A stretch of 64,000 nucleotides of DNA from an uncultured Gemmatimonadales bacterium (GCA_963795085.1 CAWCFX010000002.1:128001-192000); one strand, 5' to 3'; counted from the stretch's first letter, positions 8,665-18,571 are shown. Numbers and translations: made by a program. The notes: a model not told the origin generated them from the letters alone.

Positions 8665-10524
8665 ATGGACCAAAACCCGACGGAATGCCCGCGCTGCAGC
8701 CGACCGGTCACGCCCGGCATCCGGGAGTGTCCGGCCTGCGGCTTTGACCTCGGGTGGGACCAGGGAATGGTCGCGACCGCCGCGCTCGGATCGGGCGCAT
8801 TCATGACCACCGCCAGCCTGTCGCCGCTGGCGGCGCGCCCCGCCGACCTTCTGCGTGAGATCGTCAGCGGGGAATACGAAATCCTCGGCGAACTGGGCCG
8901 GGGCGGGATGGCCGCTGTCTTCCTCGCCCGGGAGATCAGCCTTGACCGCAAGGTCGCCATCAAGCTGATCTCGCCGTCCTTCCTGGAAGGGTCCGAAGCG
9001 GTCGAGCGATTCAAGCGGGAAGCCCGCACCGCCGCCTCGCTCAGCCACCCCGGCGTCATACCGATCTACGGCGTCCGGGACACCGACCGGGCCCTCTTTT
9101 TCATCATGAAGTACGTGCACGGCCGTACTCTCGCGTCCATCATCCGGAGCGCGGGGCCCCTTCCCGTCACCCAGGCCCGGGCCGTGCTCGTCGCCGTGGC
9201 GCATGCCCTCGACTACGCCCACCGCAACAATGTGATTCACCGGGACATCAAACCCGGCAATATCATGGTGGATACCGAGGGACACGTGATGGTGACCGAC
9301 TTCGGAATCGCCAAGGTCGTCGATTCCGAGGGCCTGACCATGACCGGCCGCACCATCGGCACCCCCGCCTACATGAGTCCCGAATCCTGCTCCGGTCGCG
9401 AGGTCACCGGCGCCAGCGACCAGTACGCCCTCGGCGTGGTCGGCTATGAGCTGCTGTCGGGCCGGAACCCGTTCCTGGCCGATACTTCGGTCGGCATCAT
9501 GTACGCCCACGTCCATGAGGCACCCCAGCCGATCGGCGAATTACGCCCTGACTGCCCGCCCGAGATGGCCGCCGCCATCATGCGTATGATCGAAAAAAAC
9601 CCGGCGGCCCGGTTCGCCACCCTCAAGGACGCCGCCCAGGCCATCCAGGGCAGTGCGGGGATCGATGAAATGGCGGTCGTTTCCCTGGGTGCGCTCGCCG
9701 CCAGCCGGGGCCAGGCCGCCGACTCATCCACGCCGACCCCGGTGCCACGGCGCACGCCCATCAGCACCGGGACCGCCGCCCGGCGAACCCGGACATCGTC
9801 CATCGCCTGGGTGGTCGCGGGGACCCTGCTGGTGCTGGGCAGCGTGGCGGTGGGGCTCAAGCACTTCTGGGACCGGGGACGCACCGCCGCCCCTGCCGTT
9901 GACGGCGCGCTCACCAATGCCCGGGTCTTGGCGATCACGGCCCGGGCCCGGGCCAGCGCGGCGGGGCTTGCCCCGGCCCTCCTCGCCCCCGGCGATTCCA
10001 TCATGAGCGCGGCCCAGGTCATGGCCGATTCCGGCCGGAATGCGGAAGCGGCGGCCCTCTTCGCCACCGCTGCGTCGCTCTGGGATTCGATTCCCCCCGC
10101 GCCGGCGCGGACGGCGGCCCCGGTCGAGGCGCCCGGTGCCGACCGGCCGGGCCCGGCGCCGGTTGTCGAGCCTGATACACTCGCCGGCGCGGCGGGCGAT
10201 TCGGCGGCGATTGTGAAGTATTACCGGGAACTGGCAGTGGGAATCCAGGCGCGGCAACTCCGGGAAGTCACCCGCCTGTTGCCCAACCTCGACCGGTTCG
10301 CCGAGGATGCCTGGCGCCGGCTGTTCGAAGACCGGAACGTGGAGAACATCGAGGCCAACTACTCGGTGACCAGCCTGACCCGGACGGACAACCAGGTGCA
10401 CGCCCGGGTGGTGGAGAACCTGACCGTCACCAAGGGCGGAAGAGCCAACGCGAAACAGCGGACCTTCTTCGCCACCCTCACGATGGGCCCCCAGGGGTGG
10501 CGGCAGATCCGGGAAGACAAGTGA
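8665..10524 (+). CDS. Ser/Thr protein kinase with N-terminal Zn ribbon, TM and C-terminal extracytoplasmic domain
   Basis: CPRC..CPAC; LGRGGMAAV, VAIK, HRDIKPGN, DFG and GTPAYMSPE; TM IAWVVAGTLLVLGSVAVGL. Confidence 0.92.
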   Translation: MDQNPTECPRCSRPVTPGIRECPACGFDLGWDQGMVATAALGSGAFMTTASLSPLAARPADLLREIVSGEYEILGELGRGGMAAVFLAREISLDRKVAIKLISPSFLEGSEAVERFKREARTAASLSHPGVIPIYGVRDTDRALFFIMKYVHGRTLASIIRSAGPLPVTQARAVLVAVAHALDYAHRNNVIHRDIKPGNIMVDTEGHVMVTDFGIAKVVDSEGLTMTGRTIGTPAYMSPESCSGREVTGASDQYALGVVGYELLSGRNPFLADTSVGIMYAHVHEAPQPIGELRPDCPPEMAAAIMRMIEKNPAARFATLKDAAQAIQGSAGIDEMAVVSLGALAASRGQAADSSTPTPVPRRTPISTGTAARRTRTSSIAWVVAGTLLVLGSVAVGLKHFWDRGRTAAPAVDGALTNARVLAITARARASAAGLAPALLAPGDSIMSAAQVMADSGRNAEAAALFATAASLWDSIPPAPARTAAPVEAPGADRPGPAPVVEPDTLAGAAGDSAAIVKYYRELAVGIQARQLREVTRLLPNLDRFAEDAWRRLFEDRNVENIEANYSVTSLTRTDNQVHARVVENLTVTKGGRANAKQRTFFATLTMGPQGWRQIREDK

Positions 10525-10552
10525 AAGCTGAGGTCCGCGGCCGGCTCGCCGC

Positions 10553-11332
10553 TTAGCGGTTCTTGAAGTCCGGCTTCCGCTTCTCCAGGAACGCCTTCAC
10601 CCCTTCCTGCTTGTCCCCGCTGGCAAAGGCCACGCCGAAAAGCGTGGTCTCCTGGCGCAGCCCCTCGTCCAGCGGCGTTCGCAGCGACGCGCGTACCGCT
10701 TCCTTGATCAGCTGCAGCGCGACCGGGCTCTTCTCCGCGATGGCGCCCGCGAGGCTCAAGACCCGGTCGCGCAGGTGATCCGCCGGCACCACCTCGTCAA
10801 CCAGTCCCATTCGCAGCGCATCAGCGGCGTCGACCAGGTCTCCGGTGAACAGCAGCTTGTAGGCGTTCCCGGCGCCCACCAGGCGGGGCAGGCGCTGGGT
10901 ACCGCCGCCCCCGGGAATGATCCCGAGGTTGACCTCCGGCTGGCCGAGCCGGGCCGTGTCGGCCGCGATCCGGATATCGCAGGCCATGGCCAGCTCGCAG
11001 CCGCCGCCCAGCGCGAAACCGTTGATCATCGCGATCACCGGCTTGGGGAACGCTTCGATGGCATCGAACACCGACGGACCCCGCATCACCCGGAACTGGT
11101 CCACCGGGGTGCGGCCTTCAAATTCTCCGATGTCGGCCCCCGCAATGAACGCCTTGTCCCCGGCACCGGTGATCACCACTACCCGGACCCGGTCGTCCGG
11201 CCGCAGCGCCTCCAGCGCCTCCAGCAGGGCGGACCGGGTGGCGGCATTGAGCGCATTCCGCTTGTCGGGGCGGTTGATGGTGAGCACGGCCACGCGGTTG
11301 GCAATGTCGCGGAGAACCAGCGAATCAGTCAT
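10553..11332 (-). CDS. Enoyl-CoA hydratase/isomerase
   Basis: NRPDKRNAL, AFIAGADI, ALGGGCELAMACD and GQPEVNLGIIPGGGGTQRLPR. Confidence 0.93.
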   Translation of the reverse strand: MTDSLVLRDIANRVAVLTINRPDKRNALNAATRSALLEALEALRPDDRVRVVVITGAGDKAFIAGADIGEFEGRTPVDQFRVMRGPSVFDAIEAFPKPVIAMINGFALGGGCELAMACDIRIAADTARLGQPEVNLGIIPGGGGTQRLPRLVGAGNAYKLLFTGDLVDAADALRMGLVDEVVPADHLRDRVLSLAGAIAEKSPVALQLIKEAVRASLRTPLDEGLRQETTLFGVAFASGDKQEGVKAFLEKRKPDFKNR

Positions 11333-11439
11333 GGCCTTGTCCTGGGTCAATGGGCACCCCGGCGGCGCACTGCGGGGGTGCGGAGCCGGCGGGAGCCGAC
11401 AGAATATGGTTGGTTGTCATGCTGCTGCGCCGGCCTGAG

Positions 11440-12288
11440 TCAGGGCCACGGGTAGAACCCCTCGCCGCTCTTCTTGCCCAGCCGGCCCTCGGCCACCATC
11501 TGGCGCATCAGGGCGGGCGGGGCATACTGGGCTCCGCCCAGCGTGGCGTGGAGGTACTCCGCGATCCGGAGCCGGACATCCAGACCGACCACGTCGGTCA
11601 GCCGCAACGGGCCCATCGGATGGTTGTAGCCCAGCTCCATGGCCCGGTCGATGTCCGCGGCACTGGCCACTCCCTGCTCGACCATCCGGATGGCCTCCAG
11701 CCCCAGCACGACCCCCAGCCGGCTGGAGGCGAACCCCGGCGAGTCGCGGACCACCACCGGCTCCTTGCCGAGGGCCGCGACGACGGCGAGAGCGTCGGCG
11801 CGGGTGTGCGCGTCGGCGCCGTCATGCAGGACGATCTCCACCAGCCGCATCAGGTGCACCGGGTTGAAGAAATGGAGGCCGACCAGCCGGGTGGGGTGGG
11901 GCAGCCCGTCGGCGAGTGCGCTCACCGACAGGGAGGAGGTGTTGGTGGCCAGCAGCGCCGCGTCGGTGACGACCCGCGCCGCCTCCCCCAGCACCGCCCG
12001 CTTGACGGCCAGGTCCTCGACGACCGCCTCGATGACCAGGTCCACGTTGCGGCAGGCCTCGGGGATCGAATCGGCGGGGTGGATGCGGCCCCGGATGGCT
12101 TCCCGGTCCTCGGGGGTCATCTTGCCGCGGCTCACCGCGCCATCCAGGGTTCTGGCCATCCCGGCCATCGCGCCGGGGAGCGCGTCCGGCCGTGCATCGG
12201 TCAGCCGGGTCTCCCAGCCGGCGGTGGCGGCGGCCTGGGCGATGCCGGCGCCCATGGTGCCGGCGCCGATCACGGCGACCCGGTGCAC
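11440..12288 (-). CDS. 3-hydroxyacyl-CoA dehydrogenase (PaaH/Hbd-like)
   Basis: VAVIGAGTMGAGIA, EAVVEDL, ATNTSSL, GLHFFNP and HPMGPL. GTG start is tentative. Confidence 0.92.
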   Translation of the reverse strand: MHRVAVIGAGTMGAGIAQAAATAGWETRLTDARPDALPGAMAGMARTLDGAVSRGKMTPEDREAIRGRIHPADSIPEACRNVDLVIEAVVEDLAVKRAVLGEAARVVTDAALLATNTSSLSVSALADGLPHPTRLVGLHFFNPVHLMRLVEIVLHDGADAHTRADALAVVAALGKEPVVVRDSPGFASSRLGVVLGLEAIRMVEQGVASAADIDRAMELGYNHPMGPLRLTDVVGLDVRLRIAEYLHATLGGAQYAPPALMRQMVAEGRLGKKSGEGFYPWP

Positions 12289-12316
12289 CTGGAAGGGTGA
12301 GGTGGGATCGAGGGGG

Positions 12317-12997
12317 TCACGACCGGGTCTCCAGCGTGGCCCTGAGCCGGTCAGGGTGGTTGCCGCAGAGGCCGTCCACGCCCAGCCCGGCCAGCCGCAG
12401 CGCGTCCTGGGGCTGGTTGACGGTCCAGGCGATGAGGCGATATCCCCGTGCGTGAACGGCATCCACGATAGCCCGGTCGATCAGCCGCTGGTCCTGCCAG
12501 AGCGTGCGGGCCCCGGCGGCATCGAGCAGCGCGACGGCGTCCAGCGGGTAGGATGACAGCAGGATGCCGCGGTCGAGGCCCGGGCGCCGGGTGCCCAGCC
12601 GGGCGATGATCCGGTGGTCGAAGCTGTGCACGGCGTAGCGGGCCGGTGCCGGCCCTTCGTCCAGCACGGCGAGCAATGCTTCGTCAAAGGCCGGGGCCAG
12701 CGTCTTGATCTCGACGTACACGTCAACCTCTCCCAGCAGCCTCAGGACCTCGGGCAGCGTCGGCACGGTCTCGCCGTTGGGCAGGCGGTAGGCCATCACA
12801 TCGGTGTAGGCCAAATGGCCGATCGGCCCCAGCCCGGGCAGCTCGGCATCGTGGTGGACCAGGATGATGCCGTCTCCAGTGGAATGCACGTCGAGCTCGA
12901 CACCATCGGCGCCGAGCTCGAGAGCGCGGGAGAAAGCGGCGCGGGAGTTCTCGAACTCCCGGCCGCTGGCCCCGCGGTGGGCGATGATCGCGGTCAG
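12317..12997 (-). CDS. Glycerophosphodiester phosphodiesterase
   Basis: The frame extends upstream of the ORF-track start to IIAHRGASGREFENSRAAFSRALELGADGVELDVH; also EIK, SFD, AWTVN and GVDGLCGNHPD. Start inferred at CTG 12997. Confidence 0.85.
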   Translation of the reverse strand: MTAIIAHRGASGREFENSRAAFSRALELGADGVELDVHSTGDGIILVHHDAELPGLGPIGHLAYTDVMAYRLPNGETVPTLPEVLRLLGEVDVYVEIKTLAPAFDEALLAVLDEGPAPARYAVHSFDHRIIARLGTRRPGLDRGILLSSYPLDAVALLDAAGARTLWQDQRLIDRAIVDAVHARGYRLIAWTVNQPQDALRLAGLGVDGLCGNHPDRLRATLETRS

Positions 12998-14124
12998 TTC
13001 TCGTCCTCCGCCTTCTTGGACTCGATCCAGTCATTGTCCTTGAAGATATTCCGCAGCAGTTCCCGGTCCTCCGCGGTGGGCAGCACCCCGGCGAGATAGG
13101 CCGGGTACTTCGCGGCGTCCATCTCGTCCCCGTCCAGCGTGTAGGACTGCCGGGCCCAGGTCCCGATCTTCCGGTTGAACCTGATGTCCGGGACCTTGAG
13201 ATGCCGCTCCCGGTCGGGGATCGCGATATTGAGCCGGGCCACCAGGCGGGTCACTTCCTGCCGGTACAGTTCCCGGCTGGCCTCGTTCAGGTGCGCGACA
13301 TCGGCGGCCTCGTCGGTCTCCCGCTCGTTGAAGCGGCCCTTGAGGCCCCAGACGTAGGCCCAGTGGGCGCTGGAAGAATTGTCGGTGCCGAACAGGTCGA
13401 ACGCCGTGGGGACCCACTTGTTGAAGTACCGCTGGACGATCTCCGTCGGAATGCGGTCGGCTTTCACGATCCGGAGCAGGCCGTTGTTGCCGGTGCCCAG
13501 GTGGAAGCTCTCCTCCTTGAGCATCGGTCCCATCGAGCAGGCCAACGGCTGGAAGCTCGACGAGGACAGCATCTTGAGCTGGAACTTTCCGTCCCGGTCG
13601 ATGAACTGGGTGTAGGTGTAGAAGTCGAGCCAGTTTTCCACGATCTCGTTGAAGGATCCCAGCAGGCGCTGGCCTTCCTCCGCCCGGCGCTCCAGCAGCT
13701 TGGCCGCTTCCCGCCGCCCTTCGTCGCCGAAGTGGTCGACCAGCAGGTAGGACATCTGCCAGCCATGCCGCATCTCTTCGCTCATTACCCGCACCAGGGC
13801 GAACAGGTCGTAGTCGCTGGGAGCGTTGTGCAGCAGCTTCTTCTGCTGTTCCACCGATGCGAACTCGGTATCGCCCTGGAAGACGATCAGGTTGAGCAGT
13901 GCATCCCGGATCCGCTGATCGGGGATGTGCATGATGGTCTTCCACTTGAGATTGCCCTTGTAGTGGCCAAACTCGATCGCGTCCGACTCCGGCGCCGAGA
14001 ACTTGGCGTCAAAGGCAAAATTCTTGGGGATCCGGGCGTTAAAGTCCTTCATGGGCAGGCCGATCGACTCCTGCCAGAAGTGGAAGTAGTCGATCCAGTC
14101 GTCAAAATTTCCGATACGGCGCAT
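12994..14124 (-). CDS. BoxB/PaaA-family di-iron aryl-CoA epoxidase subunit (short form)
   Basis: QGDTEFASVEQQ, EEMRH, DRDGKFQL and EESFH (two ExxH di-iron motifs), resembling benzoyl-CoA epoxidase BoxB. Confidence 0.82.
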   Translation of the reverse strand: MRRIGNFDDWIDYFHFWQESIGLPMKDFNARIPKNFAFDAKFSAPESDAIEFGHYKGNLKWKTIMHIPDQRIRDALLNLIVFQGDTEFASVEQQKKLLHNAPSDYDLFALVRVMSEEMRHGWQMSYLLVDHFGDEGRREAAKLLERRAEEGQRLLGSFNEIVENWLDFYTYTQFIDRDGKFQLKMLSSSSFQPLACSMGPMLKEESFHLGTGNNGLLRIVKADRIPTEIVQRYFNKWVPTAFDLFGTDNSSSAHWAYVWGLKGRFNERETDEAADVAHLNEASRELYRQEVTRLVARLNIAIPDRERHLKVPDIRFNRKIGTWARQSYTLDGDEMDAAKYPAYLAGVLPTAEDRELLRNIFKDNDWIESKKAEDEN

Positions 14125-14195
14125 TATGAAGTTCCTCCCGGGTATAGTCTGTCGCGATGAGCTGATGGTTGCCGGCCGACGGCCGGGGCCGATGG

Positions 14196-14987
14196 CTATC
14201 CACCTTCGAAATGCGGCGGCCGCTTGGCGCCAAAGGCCGCGAATCCTTCCAGGGCATCCTTGCTCCGGAAGCAACGTTCCTGGTTGTCCTCCTCCACCTC
14301 CAGCGCCTGGGAGAGGTCCCGTTCCAGGCCCTGGTACACCGCCTGCTTGGCGAGCCCGGCCGCGATGGGCGGCAGGGCGGCCAGCGCCCGGGCCCACTCG
14401 GCGGTCGCCTCGGGCAGGTCCGCGGCCGGTACCACCCGGTTAACCAGGCCCAGTTCAAGGCAGCGGTCCGCCGCCACGACCTCGGCCGACCAGATCAGCT
14501 CCAGGGCGCGCGAGGATCCGACCAGCCGCGGCAGCAGGTAGGTCCCACCCCAGTCAGGATGGAGGCCAATGCGGTGAAACACCTGGCCGATCCCGGCGGT
14601 GTCCGCGGCGATCCGGAGATCGCACCCCAGCGCCAGGTTCGCGCCGCCGCCGGCCGCCACGCCGTTGAGGCTGGCCAGCACCGGCTTGGGCGAGTCCCGG
14701 ATCAGCCGCAGCAACTGGCCTCCGGCCCGCACCAGCGCCATCGCATCGGGGTAGCGGGCCTCCTCGAGCGCCTGGCCCAGGAACTTCACGTCGCCACCGG
14801 CGCTGAACGCGCGACCCGAGCCCGTGATGACCAGCACCCGGACCGATTTGTCCATCAGGAGCGTCCCGGTGGCTTCCACCAGGTGGCCCGCCATTTCGGC
14901 GTCCACCGCGTTGAGCCGGTCCGGCCGGTTCAGCGTGACCGTACCGATCCCGCCCTCGACCGAGGCCAGCACAAATGGGTGCGTCAC
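14196..14987 (-). CDS. Enoyl-CoA hydratase/isomerase (PaaG-like)
   Basis: LNRPDRLNAV, AFSAGGD, GVAAGGGANLALGCD and IGLHPDWGGT. GTG start with GAGGGAG SD. Confidence 0.88.
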   Translation of the reverse strand: MTHPFVLASVEGGIGTVTLNRPDRLNAVDAEMAGHLVEATGTLLMDKSVRVLVITGSGRAFSAGGDVKFLGQALEEARYPDAMALVRAGGQLLRLIRDSPKPVLASLNGVAAGGGANLALGCDLRIAADTAGIGQVFHRIGLHPDWGGTYLLPRLVGSSRALELIWSAEVVAADRCLELGLVNRVVPAADLPEATAEWARALAALPPIAAGLAKQAVYQGLERDLSQALEVEEDNQERCFRSKDALEGFAAFGAKRPPHFEGG

Positions 14988-15019
14988 CGTCTCCCTCTTA
15001 CCGCTTCCCTGGTCACTCG

Positions 15020-16222
15020 TCACTGGTCGGTGTTCTCCACAATCATGGCAATTCCCTGTCCCACGCCGATGCACATTGTCGCCAGACCGTACCGTCCGCC
15101 GGTCCGCCGAAGCGCGTGAGTCAGGGTCGCCAGGATCCGTGCGCCCGATGCCCCCAGCGGGTGGCCCAGGGCGATCGCCCCGCCGTAGATGTTGACCCGG
15201 GCCGGATCGAGGTCCAGCTCGCGGATGCAGGCGATGCTCTGCGCGGCGAAGGCCTCGTTCAGTTCGATCAGGTCGATGTCCGCGAGGGTGAGCCCGGTGC
15301 GCTCCAGGACTTTCCGGGTTGCCGGAATCGGTCCCAGGCCCATGCAGCTGGGGTCCACCCCGGCGACGGCCGATCCGATGATGCGGGCCAGGGGCGGGGT
15401 CCCCAGCTCGCGGGCCGCCGCTTCGCTCAGGACGGCGACCGCTCCGGACCCGTCGTTGATGCCGCTCGAGGTCGCCGCGGTGACGCTCCCGTCCTTCGTA
15501 AAGGCCGGTTTGAGCCCGGCCAGTGTCTCGAGGGTGACGCCGGCACGGGGGTATTCGTCCCGCGAGAACTGGCGCTTCGAGCCGTCCTTCGACTTGAGAG
15601 GCACTGGCACCACTTCGTCCTCGAAGCGGGACTCGGCCAGCGCCGCCTGGGCCCGCTCCTGGCTCATCACCGCGAACTCGTCCTGCTCCTGCCGGCTGAT
15701 GCCGTACTGGCGGGCGACTTTCTCGGCCGTCTCGCCCAGCGAGATGGTCCACTCTCCGGGCATGGCGGGGTTGGTGAACCGCCAGCCCACCGTCGAGTCG
15801 GCCAGGGGGGGTGGCGTCCGGTTCCACGCCGTCCCGCTCTTGAGCAGGATGTAGGGAGCCCGGGTCATGCTCTCCACGCCACCGGCGATGAAAATGTCGC
15901 CCTCGTTGGCCTTCACGGCCTGCGCCGCGCTGGCCACCGCCTGGAGGCCCGAGCCGCAGAGGCGGTTGACCGTCTGTCCGGGAACTTCAACCGGAAGCCC
16001 CGCCAGGAGCGCGGCCATCCTGGCCACGTTGCGATTGTCCTCGCCGGCCTGGTTGCTGCAGCCGAAGATGACGTCGTCGATCCGGTTCGCGGGGAGCCGG
16101 CCCCGCTCCACCACGGCCCTGATGGCCACGGCGGCGAGATCGTCGGGCCGGACATCGGCCAGCGATCCCCCGACCTTCCCGATCGGCGTGCGCACGGCGG
16201 CGGTAATGACGGGGGCGTTCAT
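15020..16222 (-). CDS. Acetyl-CoA acyltransferase (PaaJ/PcaF-like thiolase)
   Basis: NQAGEDNRNVARMA, NRLCGSG, NEAFAAQ, GHPLGASG and MCIGVGQG. Confidence 0.95.
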   Translation of the reverse strand: MNAPVITAAVRTPIGKVGGSLADVRPDDLAAVAIRAVVERGRLPANRIDDVIFGCSNQAGEDNRNVARMAALLAGLPVEVPGQTVNRLCGSGLQAVASAAQAVKANEGDIFIAGGVESMTRAPYILLKSGTAWNRTPPPLADSTVGWRFTNPAMPGEWTISLGETAEKVARQYGISRQEQDEFAVMSQERAQAALAESRFEDEVVPVPLKSKDGSKRQFSRDEYPRAGVTLETLAGLKPAFTKDGSVTAATSSGINDGSGAVAVLSEAAARELGTPPLARIIGSAVAGVDPSCMGLGPIPATRKVLERTGLTLADIDLIELNEAFAAQSIACIRELDLDPARVNIYGGAIALGHPLGASGARILATLTHALRRTGGRYGLATMCIGVGQGIAMIVENTDQ

Positions 16223-16250
16223 CGGCGGATGGCGCACGGCGGATGGCAAC

Positions 16251-17684
16251 TCACAGCCCGACCCACACCGTTTTCGATTCCGTGTAACCGTCCAGGGCCA
16301 CCCGGCCCAGGTCGCGCCCGAAGCCGGACTGCTTGTACCCGCCGAAGGGCGCCGCCGGGTCATAGATGTTGTAGGTGTTGACCCACACCGTCCCGGCTTT
16401 CACCGCGCGCGCCAGCCGGTGGGCCTTGCTCACATCGCGGGTCCAGATGCCCGCGGCGAGGCCGTACATGGACTGGTTGGCGAGGTGCACCGCCTCGTCG
16501 AAATCGTCGAAGCCGAGCACCGCGAGCACCGGCCCGAAGATCTCCTCCCGGGCCACCGTCATCTCGGGCGTCAGGCCGTCGAATACCGTGGCCTCGACGA
16601 AAAACCCCTTGCCGTTGACTTTCACCGCATTGCCGCCGGCCACCACGGTGCCGCCTTCGGCTTTCCCCTTTTCGATGTAGCCGAGAACGTTCTCCTGCTG
16701 CTTGCGGGAGACCAGCGCGCCCATCCGGGTCGCCTTGTCGAAGGGGTCGCCGGGGGTCAGCTTCCGGGCCCGTTCGGCCAGTTGCTCAACCACCTGGTCC
16801 TTGACCGACCGCTCCACCAGGAGCCGGCTCCCCGCCGCGCAGACCTCGCCCTTGCCGTAGAAGATGCCGGTCTGGGCGCCCCGGACCGCCGCCCCGAGGT
16901 CCGCGTCCGCGAAGACGATATTGGGGCTCTTGCCGCCCAGCTCGAGGGTGACCCGCTTCACCGTGTCGGCGGCTTCCTTCATGATGGTCTTGCCCACCTC
17001 GGTGGACCCCGTAAACGCGATCTTGTCCACGTCCGGGTGGCGGACCAGCGCCATGCCCGCCGTGCGTCCGCCGCCGGCGATCACGTTGAGCGCGCCGGGG
17101 GGCAGGCCCGCTTCCAGCATCACCTGGCCCAGGGCGATCGCCGTGAGCGGCGTCTCGGTGGCGGGCTTGAGCACCACGGTACATCCCGCCGCGAGGGCCG
17201 GGGCCACCTTCCACATGGCCAAATTGAGCGGAAAGTTCCAGGGCACGATGGCGCCGACCACGCCGACCGGTTCCCGCAGGGTATACACGAAAAACGGCCC
17301 GTCCACCGGCAGCGTATCGCCGGTCAGCTTGTCGCACCAGCCGGCGTAGTAGCGCAGGGTTTCGATGGCCATCGAACAGTCGATGTTCGATTCGAACAGC
17401 GGCTTGCCATTCTGCAGTGATTCCAGCCGGGCGATCTCCGGCTGGCGGCTGGCCAGGATATCGGCGGCTTTGGCGAGCAGGGCCCCCCGCTTGCGGGCCG
17501 ACAGTTTTTGCCAGCTATCGGAGACGAAACACGCCCGGGCCGACGCCACCGCCTGGTCCACGTCGGCCGCATCTCCCTCGGCCACCTGGGCGATGATTTC
17601 CTCCGTGGCCGGGTTGACCACCGCGAAGCGGCGGCCCGAGGCCGCCGGGCGGTATTCGTTACCGATAAAAAGATCAGTATGCAT
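16251..17684 (-). CDS. NAD-dependent aldehyde dehydrogenase
   Basis: PWNFP, FTGSTEVG, LELGGKSP, catalytic GEVCAAG and EEIFGPV. Confidence 0.95.
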   Translation of the reverse strand: MHTDLFIGNEYRPAASGRRFAVVNPATEEIIAQVAEGDAADVDQAVASARACFVSDSWQKLSARKRGALLAKAADILASRQPEIARLESLQNGKPLFESNIDCSMAIETLRYYAGWCDKLTGDTLPVDGPFFVYTLREPVGVVGAIVPWNFPLNLAMWKVAPALAAGCTVVLKPATETPLTAIALGQVMLEAGLPPGALNVIAGGGRTAGMALVRHPDVDKIAFTGSTEVGKTIMKEAADTVKRVTLELGGKSPNIVFADADLGAAVRGAQTGIFYGKGEVCAAGSRLLVERSVKDQVVEQLAERARKLTPGDPFDKATRMGALVSRKQQENVLGYIEKGKAEGGTVVAGGNAVKVNGKGFFVEATVFDGLTPEMTVAREEIFGPVLAVLGFDDFDEAVHLANQSMYGLAAGIWTRDVSKAHRLARAVKAGTVWVNTYNIYDPAAPFGGYKQSGFGRDLGRVALDGYTESKTVWVGL

Positions 17685-17740
17685 GTCTCACGAATGCCGG
17701 GGTCAAAGGGAAGCCATCCGGAGCGAGGCGAAGGATCATC

Positions 17741-18571
17741 CTACCTGGCCGTGAACGTCGCCATCCGCTTTTCGTTGTACGCCGCGATGCCTTCCTTGGC
17801 GTCTTCCGACTGGAACAGCTGCTGCTGCAGCTCCCGCTCGATCGCGAGGCCCGACTCGAAGGGGACCTCGGCGCCTGACTGGACCGCCCGCTTGATGAGT
17901 CCCACCGCCTTGGACGCCTTGTGGGGCGGACAGAACTGCCGGGCGTAGACTACCACGTTGTCCCAGAAGTTGTCGTTCTCGAACACCTTGTTGACCATGC
18001 CGTGGTCTTCGGCGGTCTCGAACGAGAAGGTTTCGCCGGTGCACATCAGCTCGATCGCCTTGGACTTGCCGATCAGCCGGGCCAGCCGCTGGGTGCCGCC
18101 GGTGCCGGGGAGCACGCCCAGGTTGACTTCCGGCAGCCCGATCTTGCCGGCGTTCCGCCGGGCGATCCGGATATCGCAGGCCATCGCGATCTCCAGGCCG
18201 CCGCCCACGCAATGACCGTTGAGGGCGGCGATGGTCAGCTTGGGCGTCTGCTCCAGGCGGCTCAACGTCTCGTTGGCATGAAGACAGAAGAAATACTTGA
18301 ACCGGGGCGTCACCTGGTTCAGCATTCCGATATTGGCGCCGGCCGAGAAAAACTTCTCGCCCTGGCCCCGGATCACGATGACGTGGGCCTCTTCGGCCAT
18401 CCGGGCATCGAGAATCGCCGCGTCCAGCTGCCGCATCATCTCGTACGTGTAGGTGTTGGCCGGGGGATCGTTGAGGGTGATGATCGCCAGGCCGTCCGTG
18501 ACTTCGTAGTCCACCAGGACTTTTTCAGTCGGGGCAGGGGCACCGGGGCGAGGAGCAAGAGTCGTAGCCAC
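17741..18571 (-). CDS. Enoyl-CoA hydratase/isomerase
   Basis: FSAGANI, GGGLEIAMACD and LPEVNLGVLPGTGGTQRL. GTG start after GGAGGA. Confidence 0.92.
   Translation of the reverse strand: MATTLAPRPGAPAPTEKVLVDYEVTDGLAIITLNDPPANTYTYEMMRQLDAAILDARMAEEAHVIVIRGQGEKFFSAGANIGMLNQVTPRFKYFFCLHANETLSRLEQTPKLTIAALNGHCVGGGLEIAMACDIRIARRNAGKIGLPEVNLGVLPGTGGTQRLARLIGKSKAIELMCTGETFSFETAEDHGMVNKVFENDNFWDNVVVYARQFCPPHKASKAVGLIKRAVQSGAEVPFESGLAIERELQQQLFQSEDAKEGIAAYNEKRMATFTAR

Noticed and set aside
12288..12320. Frameshift at the start of the hydroxyacyl-CoA dehydrogenase (out-of-frame GTGA overlap at 12320)
   Set aside because: An in-frame GTG at 12288 directly precedes the Rossmann motif and gives a full-length protein.
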